Below, piece after piece: positions 1 to 10,103 of a DNA stretch of 64,000 nt. Numbering within the stretch: position 1 is the first letter of the stretch; each line of letters starts with the position of its first letter. The notes beneath the pieces were generated by a model. It made no database searches, was not told the origin of the DNA, and worked only from the letters and a program-made list of their open reading frames with translations. The stretch is from Nitrosopumilus sp. (lineage in GTDB: Archaea > Thermoproteota > Nitrososphaeria > Nitrososphaerales > Nitrosopumilaceae): contig OZ245040.1 in the NCBI GenBank assembly GCA_965224195.1, forward strand, positions 1,440,001-1,504,000. Direction: 5' to 3'. The position numbers were made by a program, and so were the translations under genes.

Positions 1-649
1 AACATGTAAAGCATGTGCAGCATATACTAATCAAGTTAACAAGGCAATCCAAATTCTGCAAAAGAAACCAATGTTATTTTCAATGGATCCTCACAACATG
101 GATGAGATTGTGAATTCAGTTGTAGAACTGGGTAAAATAATTGACAAAAAAGAAAAATCTAAAGAAATTGCAGATTCGCTATCAAAAAGAATTGAAAATA
201 TTAAAAAAAATCATAACAGCAAAAAGATCAAGGTTCTTGCAATAGAATGGATTGAGCCATTTTTTACTGCAGGTCATTGGGTTCCAGAAATGATAGAAAT
301 TGCAGGAGGAGTTAACATGATCAGTAAAACAGGGGAACACTCTAGAAGATTAGATATGGATGAAATTGTCAAGGCAAATCCAGATATCATCGTCTTGATG
401 CCTTGTGGTTTTGACACACAGAGAACTATCAAAGAGTATGAAAAATTTCTAAAAAACAAAGAACGGTGGAAAAATCTTGAAGCAGTCAAAAAGAATCAAA
501 TTTTTGCAGTAGATGCAAATTCATTTTTTAGTAAACCCAGTATACGTACCATAGAAGGTATCGAAATCATGGCAAAAATCATACAGCCAGACAAATTCAA
601 AAATCTCAGGGTTTCAGATGGGTCATTTGCACATATTGAAAATGACTAG
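1..649 (+). CDS. Cobalamin/Fe-siderophore ABC transporter substrate-binding protein (BtuF-like), 5' end outside window
   Basis: Frame open from base 2 (TCKACAAY...). Motifs EWIEPFFTAGHWVPEMI, NPDIIVLMPCGF and AVDANSFFSKPSIR fit periplasmic binding protein family 2. Confidence 0.8.
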   Translation, partial: TCKACAAYTNQVNKAIQILQKKPMLFSMDPHNMDEIVNSVVELGKIIDKKEKSKEIADSLSKRIENIKKNHNSKKIKVLAIEWIEPFFTAGHWVPEMIEIAGGVNMISKTGEHSRRLDMDEIVKANPDIIVLMPCGFDTQRTIKEYEKFLKNKERWKNLEAVKKNQIFAVDANSFFSKPSIRTIEGIEIMAKIIQPDKFKNLRVSDGSFAHIEND

Positions 650-821
650 GCTTAGGCTCAACTAAGTGAGTGTCGCATAGTATAACATACTAGTGGTTAT
701 GTCCAGTTTTAGGAATCAGCATAATGACAAGAACATTTGCCGGAGACCCAAAAATAGACGGCTTGTTAAAAATGACAAACAATGTTTTGGTTAAACTAGG
801 AAAAGAAATTAGATAAATTAA

Positions 822-2033
822 TTATTTTTTAGCAGCACTAACAAGGGATACAACGTCTCTATCCCTTAATTGATAATCAGTAGGCAATCTCAAATTATAT
901 CTCAAATCCTTTCCATAAAGAAGACCTTTTGTTAAATCAGAATGAATCTCTTTTGCAAGATCATTAATAGTTGCACCATCTTTTAACAAGATCAAATCAG
1001 GTAACACCCTACCTTTCTTATCAGCAAGATTTTTTCCATCAGCTACTGGATAAATGGAATTCATTTTGAGCAGTTTGAAAACAGCTACATTAATTGCAAA
1101 CTGTACACCGGTGCGCATGTATTCGCCCATAATTCCCTTTTTAATAAAATTTAAGGCATTGATTTGTTTTTCATTGAGGTCATCAGATTTTATAATTTCA
1201 AATGTTTCAGACCCAGGGGAATATTTGATTAATCCTTTTTGTTCTGCACGCCTTAAAACAAACTCACTGTCACCACTGACTGGAATTACTATAGAATCAT
1301 TATATCGCTCCCTTAATCGAGCAAAATTTTTGTCAGCACCTTCAACATCAACTTTATTTGCAACAATCAATGTAGGTTTTGATATTTTACGTAGATGCGA
1401 TGCAAATTTTTTACTATCAGCCATATCAAAGCCATCAAAATCTTTTTCTTCAAGGTTAGTTGCACGAAATGTTTCTTTAACATGGATTTTAGTAACGCCG
1501 ATTCCACGATAAAGATCGGTAATGGCATCCGATACATCAGTGCCATCTTTAATTAATTTGGAAACTTTGTCCCGATTGCCTTCTAGGATTTTATGATACC
1601 ACATGATTAGCTCCTCCTCTATATCTGCAAAATCAGATATTGGATCCCCAGTTCCAACTTCAGTAATTTTTCCAGTAGAATCAATTCCTCCAGACGCATC
1701 AACTACATGTAATAGCACATCAGATTGTGCAGCTATTGACAAAAACTGATTCCCAAGACCCTTACCTTTCCAGGCATCTTTAATGAGGCCAGGTAAATCG
1801 ATTAGCTCAATTGGAATGTATCTCCAGCCATCAAGACATTTGGAATTATTTGGATTGTCTTGAATTTCAAATTCAGGATGTACACATAGAGTAACTGCAT
1901 GCGCAACTCCAGACACAGGAGATTTGGTGGTAAAAGGGTATGATGAAATTTCTTCAGAAGATAGTGTAGCGGAATTGAAAAAAGTGGTCTTTCCAGTATT
2001 GGTTTTTCCAATTAATCCTATCTTGATTGGCAT
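822..2033 (-). CDS. ychF: YchF/Obg-family translation-associated ATPase/GTPase
   Basis: P-loop GKTNTGKTT, YPFTT, DLPGL, GLGNQFL, NKVD and a C-terminal TGS domain. Confidence 0.9.
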   Translation of the reverse strand: MPIKIGLIGKTNTGKTTFFNSATLSSEEISSYPFTTKSPVSGVAHAVTLCVHPEFEIQDNPNNSKCLDGWRYIPIELIDLPGLIKDAWKGKGLGNQFLSIAAQSDVLLHVVDASGGIDSTGKITEVGTGDPISDFADIEEELIMWYHKILEGNRDKVSKLIKDGTDVSDAITDLYRGIGVTKIHVKETFRATNLEEKDFDGFDMADSKKFASHLRKISKPTLIVANKVDVEGADKNFARLRERYNDSIVIPVSGDSEFVLRRAEQKGLIKYSPGSETFEIIKSDDLNEKQINALNFIKKGIMGEYMRTGVQFAINVAVFKLLKMNSIYPVADGKNLADKKGRVLPDLILLKDGATINDLAKEIHSDLTKGLLYGKDLRYNLRLPTDYQLRDRDVVSLVSAAKK

Positions 2034-2067
2034 GTAATAATGAACAATTAAGAATATTTATCTCTGC

Positions 2068-2427
2068 CTAGGAATTGTGAGATTTTTTTATTTTTTCTAA
2101 AGTTTGATTAAGTTCTTTTATCGCCCATTCAATATCTGAAAAATCTTCTTCAGAAAGAGATTCTTTCCACTTTTCTAAAACACTATTTGTAATTTCAGAA
2201 CAATTGTAAATCAAATTCCAGTATGGATGATGTTCAGCAGTTGTGTATGCCAGTTCAGTCACATCATTAAGTCCATTTTGTGCTCTAGCCAAAAAGGTGA
2301 TTTTTTCTCCAAATATTTTCACAATATCATTATCAAAATCTTTTTCAATTTTTAACGGAATGTTTTGATTTTCATATTTTTTAACAAGTTCTAATAAATC
2401 ATGATAAAAATTTTCAAAATCAGTCAC
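2068..2427 (-). CDS. Hypothetical protein
   Basis: 119-aa ORF overlapping the upstream gene by 4 bp; native codon usage. Confidence 0.7.
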   Translation of the reverse strand: MTDFENFYHDLLELVKKYENQNIPLKIEKDFDNDIVKIFGEKITFLARAQNGLNDVTELAYTTAEHHPYWNLIYNCSEITNSVLEKWKESLSEEDFSDIEWAIKELNQTLEKIKKSHNS

Positions 2428-2837
2428 TGTGACAATCTCCGATGTTCTGCCAGCATGCAGCGATTAAAAATCACTTTGATTCCAGCTTGTGTTGCCAATT
2501 CTTCAGCTTCAGGATTATGAATTCCTTCTTGAAGCCAAATCACTTTAGGTTTTTTCCTTATAGCCTCTTGAATAACTGGCAAGACTTGGTCAGACGGCCT
2601 AAAAACATCAATGATGTCAATTTCTTCACTGACTTCAGAAATTGAACTGTAACATTTTTTTCCCAAGATTTCATCAGTTGTGGGATTTACAGGAGTGATA
2701 TCATATCCATTGTCAAATAGATATTTCGGCACATAATGCGCCGCTTTTGAAGAATTTTTAGACATGCCTACTACAGCTACCTTGGTTAATGAAAGAATCT
2801 CACGAATTTGTTGATCGGAAAAAGAATCTCGTTCCAT
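2424..2837 (-). CDS. CoA-binding protein (YccU-like)
   Basis: VAVVGMS, PVNP, DIIDVFRP, WLQEGI and NRCM motifs. Confidence 0.9.
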   Translation of the reverse strand: MERDSFSDQQIREILSLTKVAVVGMSKNSSKAAHYVPKYLFDNGYDITPVNPTTDEILGKKCYSSISEVSEEIDIIDVFRPSDQVLPVIQEAIRKKPKVIWLQEGIHNPEAEELATQAGIKVIFNRCMLAEHRRLSQ

Positions 2838-2922
2838 GATTGAGATTATTTCAGGACAAATATAATTTTTGAATCCTAAAAAAAGGCAAAGAATTTTTTA
2901 GAAGTCAAGCAACAGAAACAAT

Positions 2923-3429
2923 ATGGATGAAGAACCAAAAGATCTCATTGTATTGGGTGCAATAAAACACGGAGTAAAGAAATTTGATAAAATTCAAAAA
3001 ATGACAAAAATCGAACCTGATGAATTAAATTTAATCTTAGAACAATTAGAAAAACGAGGATTTATTCTTGCTGAAGAAAAAAAAGGATTATTTGGAATGA
3101 AAGTAGAAATCACTGTTACCGACAAGGGATCTAATGAGACAGATGAAAGGGTTCACGAATTGCAAAAAAAATGGAATCAAATGTCATTATTATACAAAAC
3201 AGGAGACAAAGACAGATTAAAACAAGAAATGGAAGATAGCAAATCAATCATCCCCTCAATGATGTTTTTTGGGATTATGGATATGATGATGTTTTCAATG
3301 ATGTTTAGTATGATGGGGATGGCAATGACAGATTATGTGGCTCCAGAAAACATACCAGACACAGGAGACAGCAGCATGGATGATGGAGGTATGGATGACG
3401 GTGGCTTTGACTTTGACGTCGGATTCTAG
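2923..3429 (+). CDS. Winged-helix (MarR-like) protein with Met/Gly/Asp-rich tail
   Basis: N-terminal wHTH (LEQLEKRGFI...ITVTDKG) and C-terminal GGMDDGGFDFDVGF. Confidence 0.65.
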   Translation: MDEEPKDLIVLGAIKHGVKKFDKIQKMTKIEPDELNLILEQLEKRGFILAEEKKGLFGMKVEITVTDKGSNETDERVHELQKKWNQMSLLYKTGDKDRLKQEMEDSKSIIPSMMFFGIMDMMMFSMMFSMMGMAMTDYVAPENIPDTGDSSMDDGGMDDGGFDFDVGF

Positions 3430-3465
3430 TGTGTGTTTTATACTCGATATAAAAATAACACATAG

Positions 3466-4473
3466 TTGATTTACAATTCATTTGATAATCCAGGATTAGT
3501 CAAAGTACTAACATTTTTGCAAACTCATAATACAGAATATCTGTCAGGTCAAGATTTGAGTGATGTATTAAGAATTAGCAGAGTGGCAGTTTGGAAACAC
3601 ATTAAAAAAATTCAAGAATTAGGATATAATGTAGAATCAAAACAAAAGCTAGGATACAAATTAATTTCAAATTCAGAATTATTACTTCCTTGGGAAATTA
3701 CTTCAAATTTAAAAACAAAAATCATGGGAAAACAAGCATATTATTTTGATTCAATTGATTCAACTCAGAATCAGGCATTAAAAATGGCCCAGGATGTTAC
3801 AAATGACGGGACAGTAATAGTTGCATCAGAACAGACCGGAGGAAAAGGAAGAGACGGGAGAAAATGGATGTCACCAAAAGGAGGAATATGGATTTCAATA
3901 ATATTACATCCAAAATTTGATATTTCAATAACAACATTATTTCCAATTGCATCATCACTTGCATTATCATTAGCAATTGAAAAAATATTTTCAATTAAAC
4001 CAGAATTAAAATGGCCCAATGACTTGACAATAAACGGCAAAAAAGTGGCAGGGATGTTGGTGGACGTATCACTAGAATCAAACAAAATTGAAAATTTAGT
4101 TTTAGGCGTTGGAATAAATTTTGATGTAAATACAAAACAGATTGAAAAGTCACTAAAGGGAACACCTAATTTTTATGGCGTATCATCTCTCAGTGACCAA
4201 AAAAAAAATGTCAGACCAATTCAATTAGTCCAGACATTTTTGTTAGAATTAGAAAAAATTTACAAGGCTCTAAATGAAAGACAAATTAAAAAAATAATTT
4301 CAGAATGGACATCAAGATCATCAACAATAGGAAAAAATGTAGAATTGAACACAGTTGATTCTAAAATTAAGGGAAAGGCGATAAAAATTGACGATGATGG
4401 TTCTCTTATAGTCTCAGAGAACAATAAAATTCACAAAGTGATTGCAGGGGACATAATTCATTTATCAAAATAA
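3466..4473 (+). CDS. birA: Bifunctional biotin--[acetyl-CoA carboxylase] ligase / repressor
   Basis: N-terminal HTH (SGQDLS...SRVAVWKHI), DSTQ, QTGGKGRDGRKW, KWPND, KKVAGML, GVGIN. Confidence 0.95.
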   Translation: MIYNSFDNPGLVKVLTFLQTHNTEYLSGQDLSDVLRISRVAVWKHIKKIQELGYNVESKQKLGYKLISNSELLLPWEITSNLKTKIMGKQAYYFDSIDSTQNQALKMAQDVTNDGTVIVASEQTGGKGRDGRKWMSPKGGIWISIILHPKFDISITTLFPIASSLALSLAIEKIFSIKPELKWPNDLTINGKKVAGMLVDVSLESNKIENLVLGVGINFDVNTKQIEKSLKGTPNFYGVSSLSDQKKNVRPIQLVQTFLLELEKIYKALNERQIKKIISEWTSRSSTIGKNVELNTVDSKIKGKAIKIDDDGSLIVSENNKIHKVIAGDIIHLSK

Positions 4474-4475
4474 TA

Positions 4476-4702
4476 TTATTTTTTCTTTGATTTTGATTTT
4501 TTTGAAGAATTCGGAATTAGTCTATATTGTTCTTTTAGAATTTCCTTAAGATCTTTTTGTATATCAAAAACAGTTGAGAGCAATTCTTCTAGGGTTTTAG
4601 AATATTTACCATATGCATCTATCAGTTCGGTTTTCTTTTCATCAGATTTTGAAAGATATTCATTTGAACGTAACAAATTTGCAGATTCAATCATTTCAGG
4701 AA
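4476..4702 (-). pseudogene. 3' part of a coiled-coil host gene interrupted by the CRISPR-Cas island
   Basis: Reads PEMIESANLLRSNEYL... and joins in frame with 26812-26920 across the duplicated TTTCAGGAA. Confidence 0.8.
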
Positions 4703-4771
4703 AGGATGCTTGACGACTGAAACATCACAAATACCGTGATATGACCATGATATTAACAATCTTCATTTTCT

Positions 4772-4853
4772 CAGTCATAAGCTACAGTCATAAGCTAATT
4801 AACGAAATATCACAACCCAGTCATAAGCTAAATCACGGCTCAGTCATAAGCTA
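4772..4853 (+). repeat. Four copies of the 13-bp motif CAGTCATAAGCTA
   Basis: Exact copies at 4772, 4785, 4818 and 4841, about 70 bp inside the island's left end. Confidence 0.9.
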
Positions 4854-5465
4854 AACTATTTCATTATTTTTGTGTGATGATTTTTTTTGAGAATTTTCAT
4901 TAAGCGTATATTCATGCTCATTTTATGCTATTATCTTACACTGATTACATAGGTGTTTGACTGGATATTGTCATGCAGTGAATGATCATCTTCATTCTTC
5001 ATTTCTAATTACTCAAAATTGCATTAAAGTTTGTATACTTGATTGATTAATGTATATTGTCATACCCCATTCATTGCATCCATCTCAGATGGATTTGAAT
5101 TGTTTGACAAACGTCGACCTGATTGTAGAGTTGATCATTCTACAATCGCTTAATTTAGTAAGAAATATCGTGTCATCCCCAGATGATCATTTCCTGATAG
5201 CTGACAATTATGTTTCTGTGTGGAAGTGGGAATAGTCTTCATTTTCTTATATCACAAACTTTTTTTAAATATTATAATTTCAGTTACAATCAAAATAATT
5301 CCAATAATATAAAATACTATTCTTTGTATAATTCCATCCAATACCCATTCAAAGAATTGGTTTGTGGTAATTGGGGAATCTGGTTGAAACATAACAAACC
5401 TTGCAATTACAAGCAACATTAAAAAATTATAGAAAAATAATACTCCAATGGTTACAAACGCAGTT

Positions 5466-6115
5466 TCAAAAAAAATAACGGTATTGATTTATTGTGCCTC
5501 TTAATGTCGTCTTGTATTTGATTGCAATCCAGATCATGATCAAAGTTGGAAGTGCTATTAATGATAAAAAATAATTCAGATGGATTTTAAGATTATTAAA
5601 CATTAGAGGCTGCTGTTCCATTCCTTCGGCAGTACTAGTCCATTCACCGATACTGTATCTAGTATCCCATGAGTGAGAGAAATAGTTTGTCTGAGATACC
5701 AAAATCATCGTAAATAATACTGAATATGCAGATACAAGCGTTATTGTAGAAATTATCAGAGGTTTATTCCCCGTTGAGTTTGTAATCTTTTTTTGGATCA
5801 TAAAAGCTGCAAATCCTGCCACCACCCCAACAATAATCCCAGCCATTAGTCCCAGAACTTGAATAAATGGAATTACTAAAGATGCAACCTGTAATTACAC
5901 TCAATAACATCCCTGATGCTTTGATGCTTTTAGATGCCCATGAAAACAAGAACCAAGACATTAGAGAAAAAAATAAGAGTCAAGGTCATAACTATACTAG
6001 CACTAACTGAGAACCCATCTACCATAACTCTACCGCTTATATGAAATTGCAATACCTGAATCAAAGGTAGGATCACAAGAAACGCTGAAATTATCATCAA
6101 AAGTCTAGTTTTCAT
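5466..6115 (-). pseudogene. Frameshifted multi-pass membrane protein
   Basis: Three overlapping hydrophobic ORFs (5930-6115, 5764-5961, 5466-5846) beginning MKTRLLMII. Confidence 0.6.
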
Positions 6116-6125
6116 TTTCTTATTT

Positions 6126-6300
6126 TATTGAAAATAGTCTGTTCCACATTTAGGGCATTTTGACAAGTTTTTAGGATAGCGATGTTTGCAGTTAAAACAC
6201 ATCTAATTCATATTTTGGCCACGTGATTCTGAATCCTTTTTCCATAGAAAATAGACTATAACTGCAATTACTGCAACGCCTAGAATTATTGGTCATACCA
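6126..6300 (-). pseudogene. Remnant of a small membrane-anchored zinc-ribbon protein
   Basis: Minus strand encodes CFNCKHRYPKNLSKCPKCGTDYFQ, preceded by a disrupted hydrophobic segment. Confidence 0.4.
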
Positions 6301-6543
6301 TAAAACTACACAATACTTTGATCATAAATCTTTTATTATCAAGAATGATAACAATATTCAAAAAGGAATACCTACACTTTATGCATCAATTTATGAGTCC
6401 ATTTAAAAGTCAACTGAGAATTCTATTTAGTGCTACATTTATCAAAGATTGCCATTGTTCAACATAAAAAGGAATTTATAAAATAAAATATTAGAACATG
6501 CGAAAACAATTAAAATGATCATGTCCTAGATTAGTTGTTTTAG

Positions 6544-7893
6544 ATGCTAGCATATGAACTATTTCATAATAATAAGAATTCTCCTACAAATGATCAAAAA
6601 AGTCAATTTCCGATCAAGAAAATATTCTATAAACACAACAAAATCACAATTGATGAAAAAAAACTAGATGGTTATGGCTCAAAAACTACAAAAAAAACAA
6701 AACAATTACAAGAATGGCTACAAATGCCTTTGAATACCATTGATGTTCAAAAACTCAATTTACCTGATTTTAGAACAGGTAGTGCTGCAGTAAATCCATA
6801 CATTGAGGTTTATGGTTATTTGAAAACAACTAAACTTACCCTCTCAATTGGAAAAAAATCCAACAAAATTATTCATACTTTAGATTTTACCAATAATGAT
6901 AAAATTTCTTCTGATCCAAAGGAAAAAATCACATTAAAGTTAGATAAAAAAAATTATTTTTTAAACTCTAACACATTATTCTCAGAATATGTTTCCTCTG
7001 GAATTATAGATGATAATGGTTCTTTAAATGTCAAAGTGTATGATAAAATAATCCGAAAATTTCTAGAATCTGCAAAAAAACAGAAACCAGAGACTATTAA
7101 CAGATTTAATAGTGTATCATTCCGAATTTACATTTTACCTGATAACTCCACAATAGAATATCAAAAACAAACAAAAAAAGAAAATTCGGAGCAAACTACT
7201 TTTACTGATTATTTTGGAAATACTGTTTCAGAATATGCATCAACTCCCACAAAGAACACAAAATTCTTGACTTATGATGATCCTGCATTTTCCATAAACT
7301 GTATGAAAGAGAAGAATTTTTACAAAAATTTGGGCATTGGTGACAGCAGTTTAACAAAAGTATTTACTAATAAAACTAAAACATTTAAGATTTCTAATTT
7401 AGATTGGACTTTTTTTGATCTTGAAAATCCTGATTTCGAATTTAAGGAAACTGGAAAAGGCATATTGACACAGCTTTATGAAAACTATCGTAAGCTTTCA
7501 AAAGATAAAGGACCTACATCTCAATCACAACTAAAGGTAATTTGTATCAGAGAGAAATACGCAAAACAAGAGTTGTTAATTGACGAGAATTTGACAATGG
7601 ATAAAATGAAAAATATGTTTTCAAAATTCGAAGATATTCCTCCATCATGCTTAGAAGATGTGTTAATTGATAAATCTAACGAAAATCCTATTTGGAATAC
7701 GTATCTTTATGTTGTAAAGAACTTCCTTGCAGCAAATAAAATACCAAAAAATTACTTATTATCACATTTTAACAAGATACTAAAACAAAAAAGATATGAT
7801 TGGATAAAACTTGGAGATAAATCTGAACAAGAGAATTTTTTTCTAAAATCTGATTTTTGTTTAAAACATTTGTCTATATCAAATAACGCTTAA
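6544..7893 (+). CDS. cas8b: Type I-B Cascade large subunit Cas8b, N-terminal part
   Basis: 449-aa ORF heading the cas operon upstream of Csh2-type cas7. The call is mainly positional. Confidence 0.65.
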   Translation: MLAYELFHNNKNSPTNDQKSQFPIKKIFYKHNKITIDEKKLDGYGSKTTKKTKQLQEWLQMPLNTIDVQKLNLPDFRTGSAAVNPYIEVYGYLKTTKLTLSIGKKSNKIIHTLDFTNNDKISSDPKEKITLKLDKKNYFLNSNTLFSEYVSSGIIDDNGSLNVKVYDKIIRKFLESAKKQKPETINRFNSVSFRIYILPDNSTIEYQKQTKKENSEQTTFTDYFGNTVSEYASTPTKNTKFLTYDDPAFSINCMKEKNFYKNLGIGDSSLTKVFTNKTKTFKISNLDWTFFDLENPDFEFKETGKGILTQLYENYRKLSKDKGPTSQSQLKVICIREKYAKQELLIDENLTMDKMKNMFSKFEDIPPSCLEDVLIDKSNENPIWNTYLYVVKNFLAANKIPKNYLLSHFNKILKQKRYDWIKLGDKSEQENFFLKSDFCLKHLSISNNA

Positions 7894-7964
7894 TTTTTAA
7901 TTGTTATCAATCATGATAAGGTTCTGTGTAATCGTCGAGGGATAACATAAAATACGGATCTTCT

Positions 7965-9089
7965 TTAAATTGAATTTTCCTTATGTAAACTAGCATTTTG
8001 AATAATGGTTTTCCATTTGTTTTTACCATCTATTTCTACCATTGATGCTTCTGCTGGTGTTCTGCCTTGTAATGCTTCATGCTTTTTTGTGAAATTATAG
8101 TACACTTTCATTCCCTCACTAAGTGGTGTATCCATTCTTTTTAATCCTCTGAATACCTTTTCTCTGTCTCTAATCGTGCCATTGATTCGTTCCATCTTAT
8201 TATTATTATCACAGTCTCTTTTACCTGCAATGTGAATGTGTCTAACGTGGTTTGTGTCCTTTCCAAATACTTTCTTGCTTGATTTCATGTAGGCTTGTAA
8301 ACCGTCAGTAATGAAATTTCTTGGAGATTTCCCAGCTTGTCTTTTGGTTAACTCAAGTAAATTATCAGTATTATGATGAAACTTGTTGTCTGCCATGTCA
8401 CTAGCCAACCAATAGCGTGTATCATCATCCATACTTGCAAATAGGCAACATTGTTTCCCATCTACTTTAACCCATACTTCGTCAGCCCTAAACCAGTTCC
8501 CAACTCTTGGAACTATGCCATTAAGATAAACAGAAGTCATTTTAGAATATTGAGTTATCCAGTTGTAAATGGTCTTAAACGATACATCAACACCTAACAT
8601 CTCATAATGATCTGCAATCTTTCTTACGGACATTCCTGAATAATACATCTGTAATGCTCCAGTTATGGTATTCTCATTTGATTGTTTTTTCTCAAATCCA
8701 AAGTTTGAACTGAATTTCTTCCTGCAGTCCAAACACTCAAAGATTCTAACCTTACCTGACTTGTTCTTTCTGAATCTATCTTTTCTTATTCTACCTGAAT
8801 CGCAATACTTGCACAAAGATAGCTTACTTCTTTCCATAATTCGAAATATATTGTTTCTATAACACTTGTTTTTCTTGATTATCTCTAAGACTATTTTGAT
8901 GTGTTTGCAATCAGATTTTCTACAATTATGATCCTTGCATTGACATTTTAATCCATTTTCAGTTTTTGATACAATGTATCTGTTTTCTGGGGTTGATTGT
9001 GATCTAACGGAAAAACTGTTTTGGTCAATCTGTGAGCAGTAACCTACAATTTTCATCATGGATTGAGCTTTTTGTTTTCTTTGATTCAT
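7965..9089 (-). CDS. IS6/IS240-type DDE transposase with N-terminal SWIM-like and Zn-ribbon motifs
   Basis: CQC...CKH, CKYC/CLDC, HTH (GMSVRKIADH, TIYNWI), and ADEVWVK / ITDGL / NNKMERINGTIRDR catalytic segments. Confidence 0.9.
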   Translation of the reverse strand: MNQRKQKAQSMMKIVGYCSQIDQNSFSVRSQSTPENRYIVSKTENGLKCQCKDHNCRKSDCKHIKIVLEIIKKNKCYRNNIFRIMERSKLSLCKYCDSGRIRKDRFRKNKSGKVRIFECLDCRKKFSSNFGFEKKQSNENTITGALQMYYSGMSVRKIADHYEMLGVDVSFKTIYNWITQYSKMTSVYLNGIVPRVGNWFRADEVWVKVDGKQCCLFASMDDDTRYWLASDMADNKFHHNTDNLLELTKRQAGKSPRNFITDGLQAYMKSSKKVFGKDTNHVRHIHIAGKRDCDNNNKMERINGTIRDREKVFRGLKRMDTPLSEGMKVYYNFTKKHEALQGRTPAEASMVEIDGKNKWKTIIQNASLHKENSI

Positions 9090-9134
9090 ACATACACCTC
9101 AAAAATTAATAATAACTTGCAATAATACAAATAT

Positions 9135-9200
9135 GAGGGCTCAGATAGCTTTGCTGTCATCATACAGATGTCAGATCGCCAGAGACTCATCATAGCCCTC
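9135..9200 (-). ncRNA. Box C/D sRNA-like element upstream of the transposase
   Basis: Minus strand reads gagggct-ATGATGA-gtctctggcgat-CTGA-catctgt-ATGATGA-cagcaaagctat-CTGA-gccctc: consensus C, D', C' and D boxes, two 12-nt guides and a terminal stem. Confidence 0.8.
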
Positions 9201-9280
9201 AATTCTCTTGTATTTATGTAACTTATTATTAGTTAACATCTATAATAATATAACTAATATTAAGTTAAATTAAAATAGGA

Positions 9281-9520
9281 ATGAAGAAATGTAAAACTAT
9301 GACAATCTCAATTAAAACCATAAGACAGATAAATTATCTATATTTCTCATATTCTGATAATAAAACTCATAAGCAAAAATTCATTTGTTGTGGAGTAAGA
9401 TCAAAAAAAGAATCCAAGATTAAGGCATTGGAGCTTGAGCTCAATTATTTACAGGAACAAATAGCCTCATTTTTAAGAGAATCTAGTAAGATTAAGGATC
9501 AGTTACAAAATCTAAAATGA
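9281..9520 (+). CDS. Small basic protein divergent from the transposase (possible DNA-binding accessory protein)
   Basis: 79 aa with a beta-rich N-terminus (IKTIRQINYLYFSY) and coiled-coil C-terminus; lies inside the IS ends. Confidence 0.55.
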   Translation: MKKCKTMTISIKTIRQINYLYFSYSDNKTHKQKFICCGVRSKKESKIKALELELNYLQEQIASFLRESSKIKDQLQNLK

Positions 9521-9667
9521 ACGAGATGTTAACTTGGAGTAAAAAAATGTTCAAGTCTCAAAGATCACACATAACCCTGAAAATTCATTCATAAGTTTAC
9601 AAAATATGATCGACTTGTTTGATTTTACATCCGATACTATTATAAACAGAAATTAGAAAAATAAAAT

Positions 9668-9805
9668 ATGTCTCAAAAATACATTCCCAAATGGGGTGCT
9701 CTTCATACGCAGCAATCCGAAACATTTCAAAAAATATCCTCAAAGAAACACCAAACATGTTCAGATTACGGTGATTTTATGAAGTGGTTAGATGACAAAA
9801 AATAA
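9668..9805 (+). CDS. Putative antitoxin (45 aa)
   Basis: MSQKYIPKW...DYGDFMKWLDDKK; overlaps the start of the downstream toxin-like ORF; below the ORF-track length cutoff. Confidence 0.45.
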   Translation: MSQKYIPKWGALHTQQSETFQKISSKKHQTCSDYGDFMKWLDDKK

Positions 9806-10103
9806 AGCAATATGGAATATTGCTAAAATCCCCAGTTTTAGAAAAGATTTTCAAAATTTACGATTAGTCGAACAATGGAGAGTAAGTCATGCAATAAATA
9901 ATATGAGATATGTAAAAGATCCAACTAGATTATATCCTTATCCACAATGTGATAATTGTCCAAATAATATGTATCTTTTTGGAATTTCTGATGATGGTGT
10001 TGGTAATAAAGGATTAGAAATACAAATAATAGTTTCAAAGGATACTCATACTCTATACCCATTTAATTGCAGACATTCTACATTTGAAAAAAATGAAAAC
10101 TAG
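9792..10103 (+). CDS. Putative RelE/ParE-like toxin
   Basis: 103 aa; N-terminal W-x-I...PSFRKDFQNL...VSHAINNM...DP pattern resembles the RelE/ParE fold. Confidence 0.45.
   Translation: MTKNKAIWNIAKIPSFRKDFQNLRLVEQWRVSHAINNMRYVKDPTRLYPYPQCDNCPNNMYLFGISDDGVGNKGLEIQIIVSKDTHTLYPFNCRHSTFEKNEN

Noticed and set aside
4701-4723. AAGGAT...TGAAAC at the island's left end as a degenerate CRISPR repeat or CreA-like mini-array
   Set aside because: Needs a 10-bp insertion to align, and no second degenerate repeat was found.
9145-9156. C/D guide CAGCAAAGCTA resembling the island-end motif CAGTCATAAGCTA
   Set aside because: Requires two gaps in 13 nt; not distinguishable from chance.
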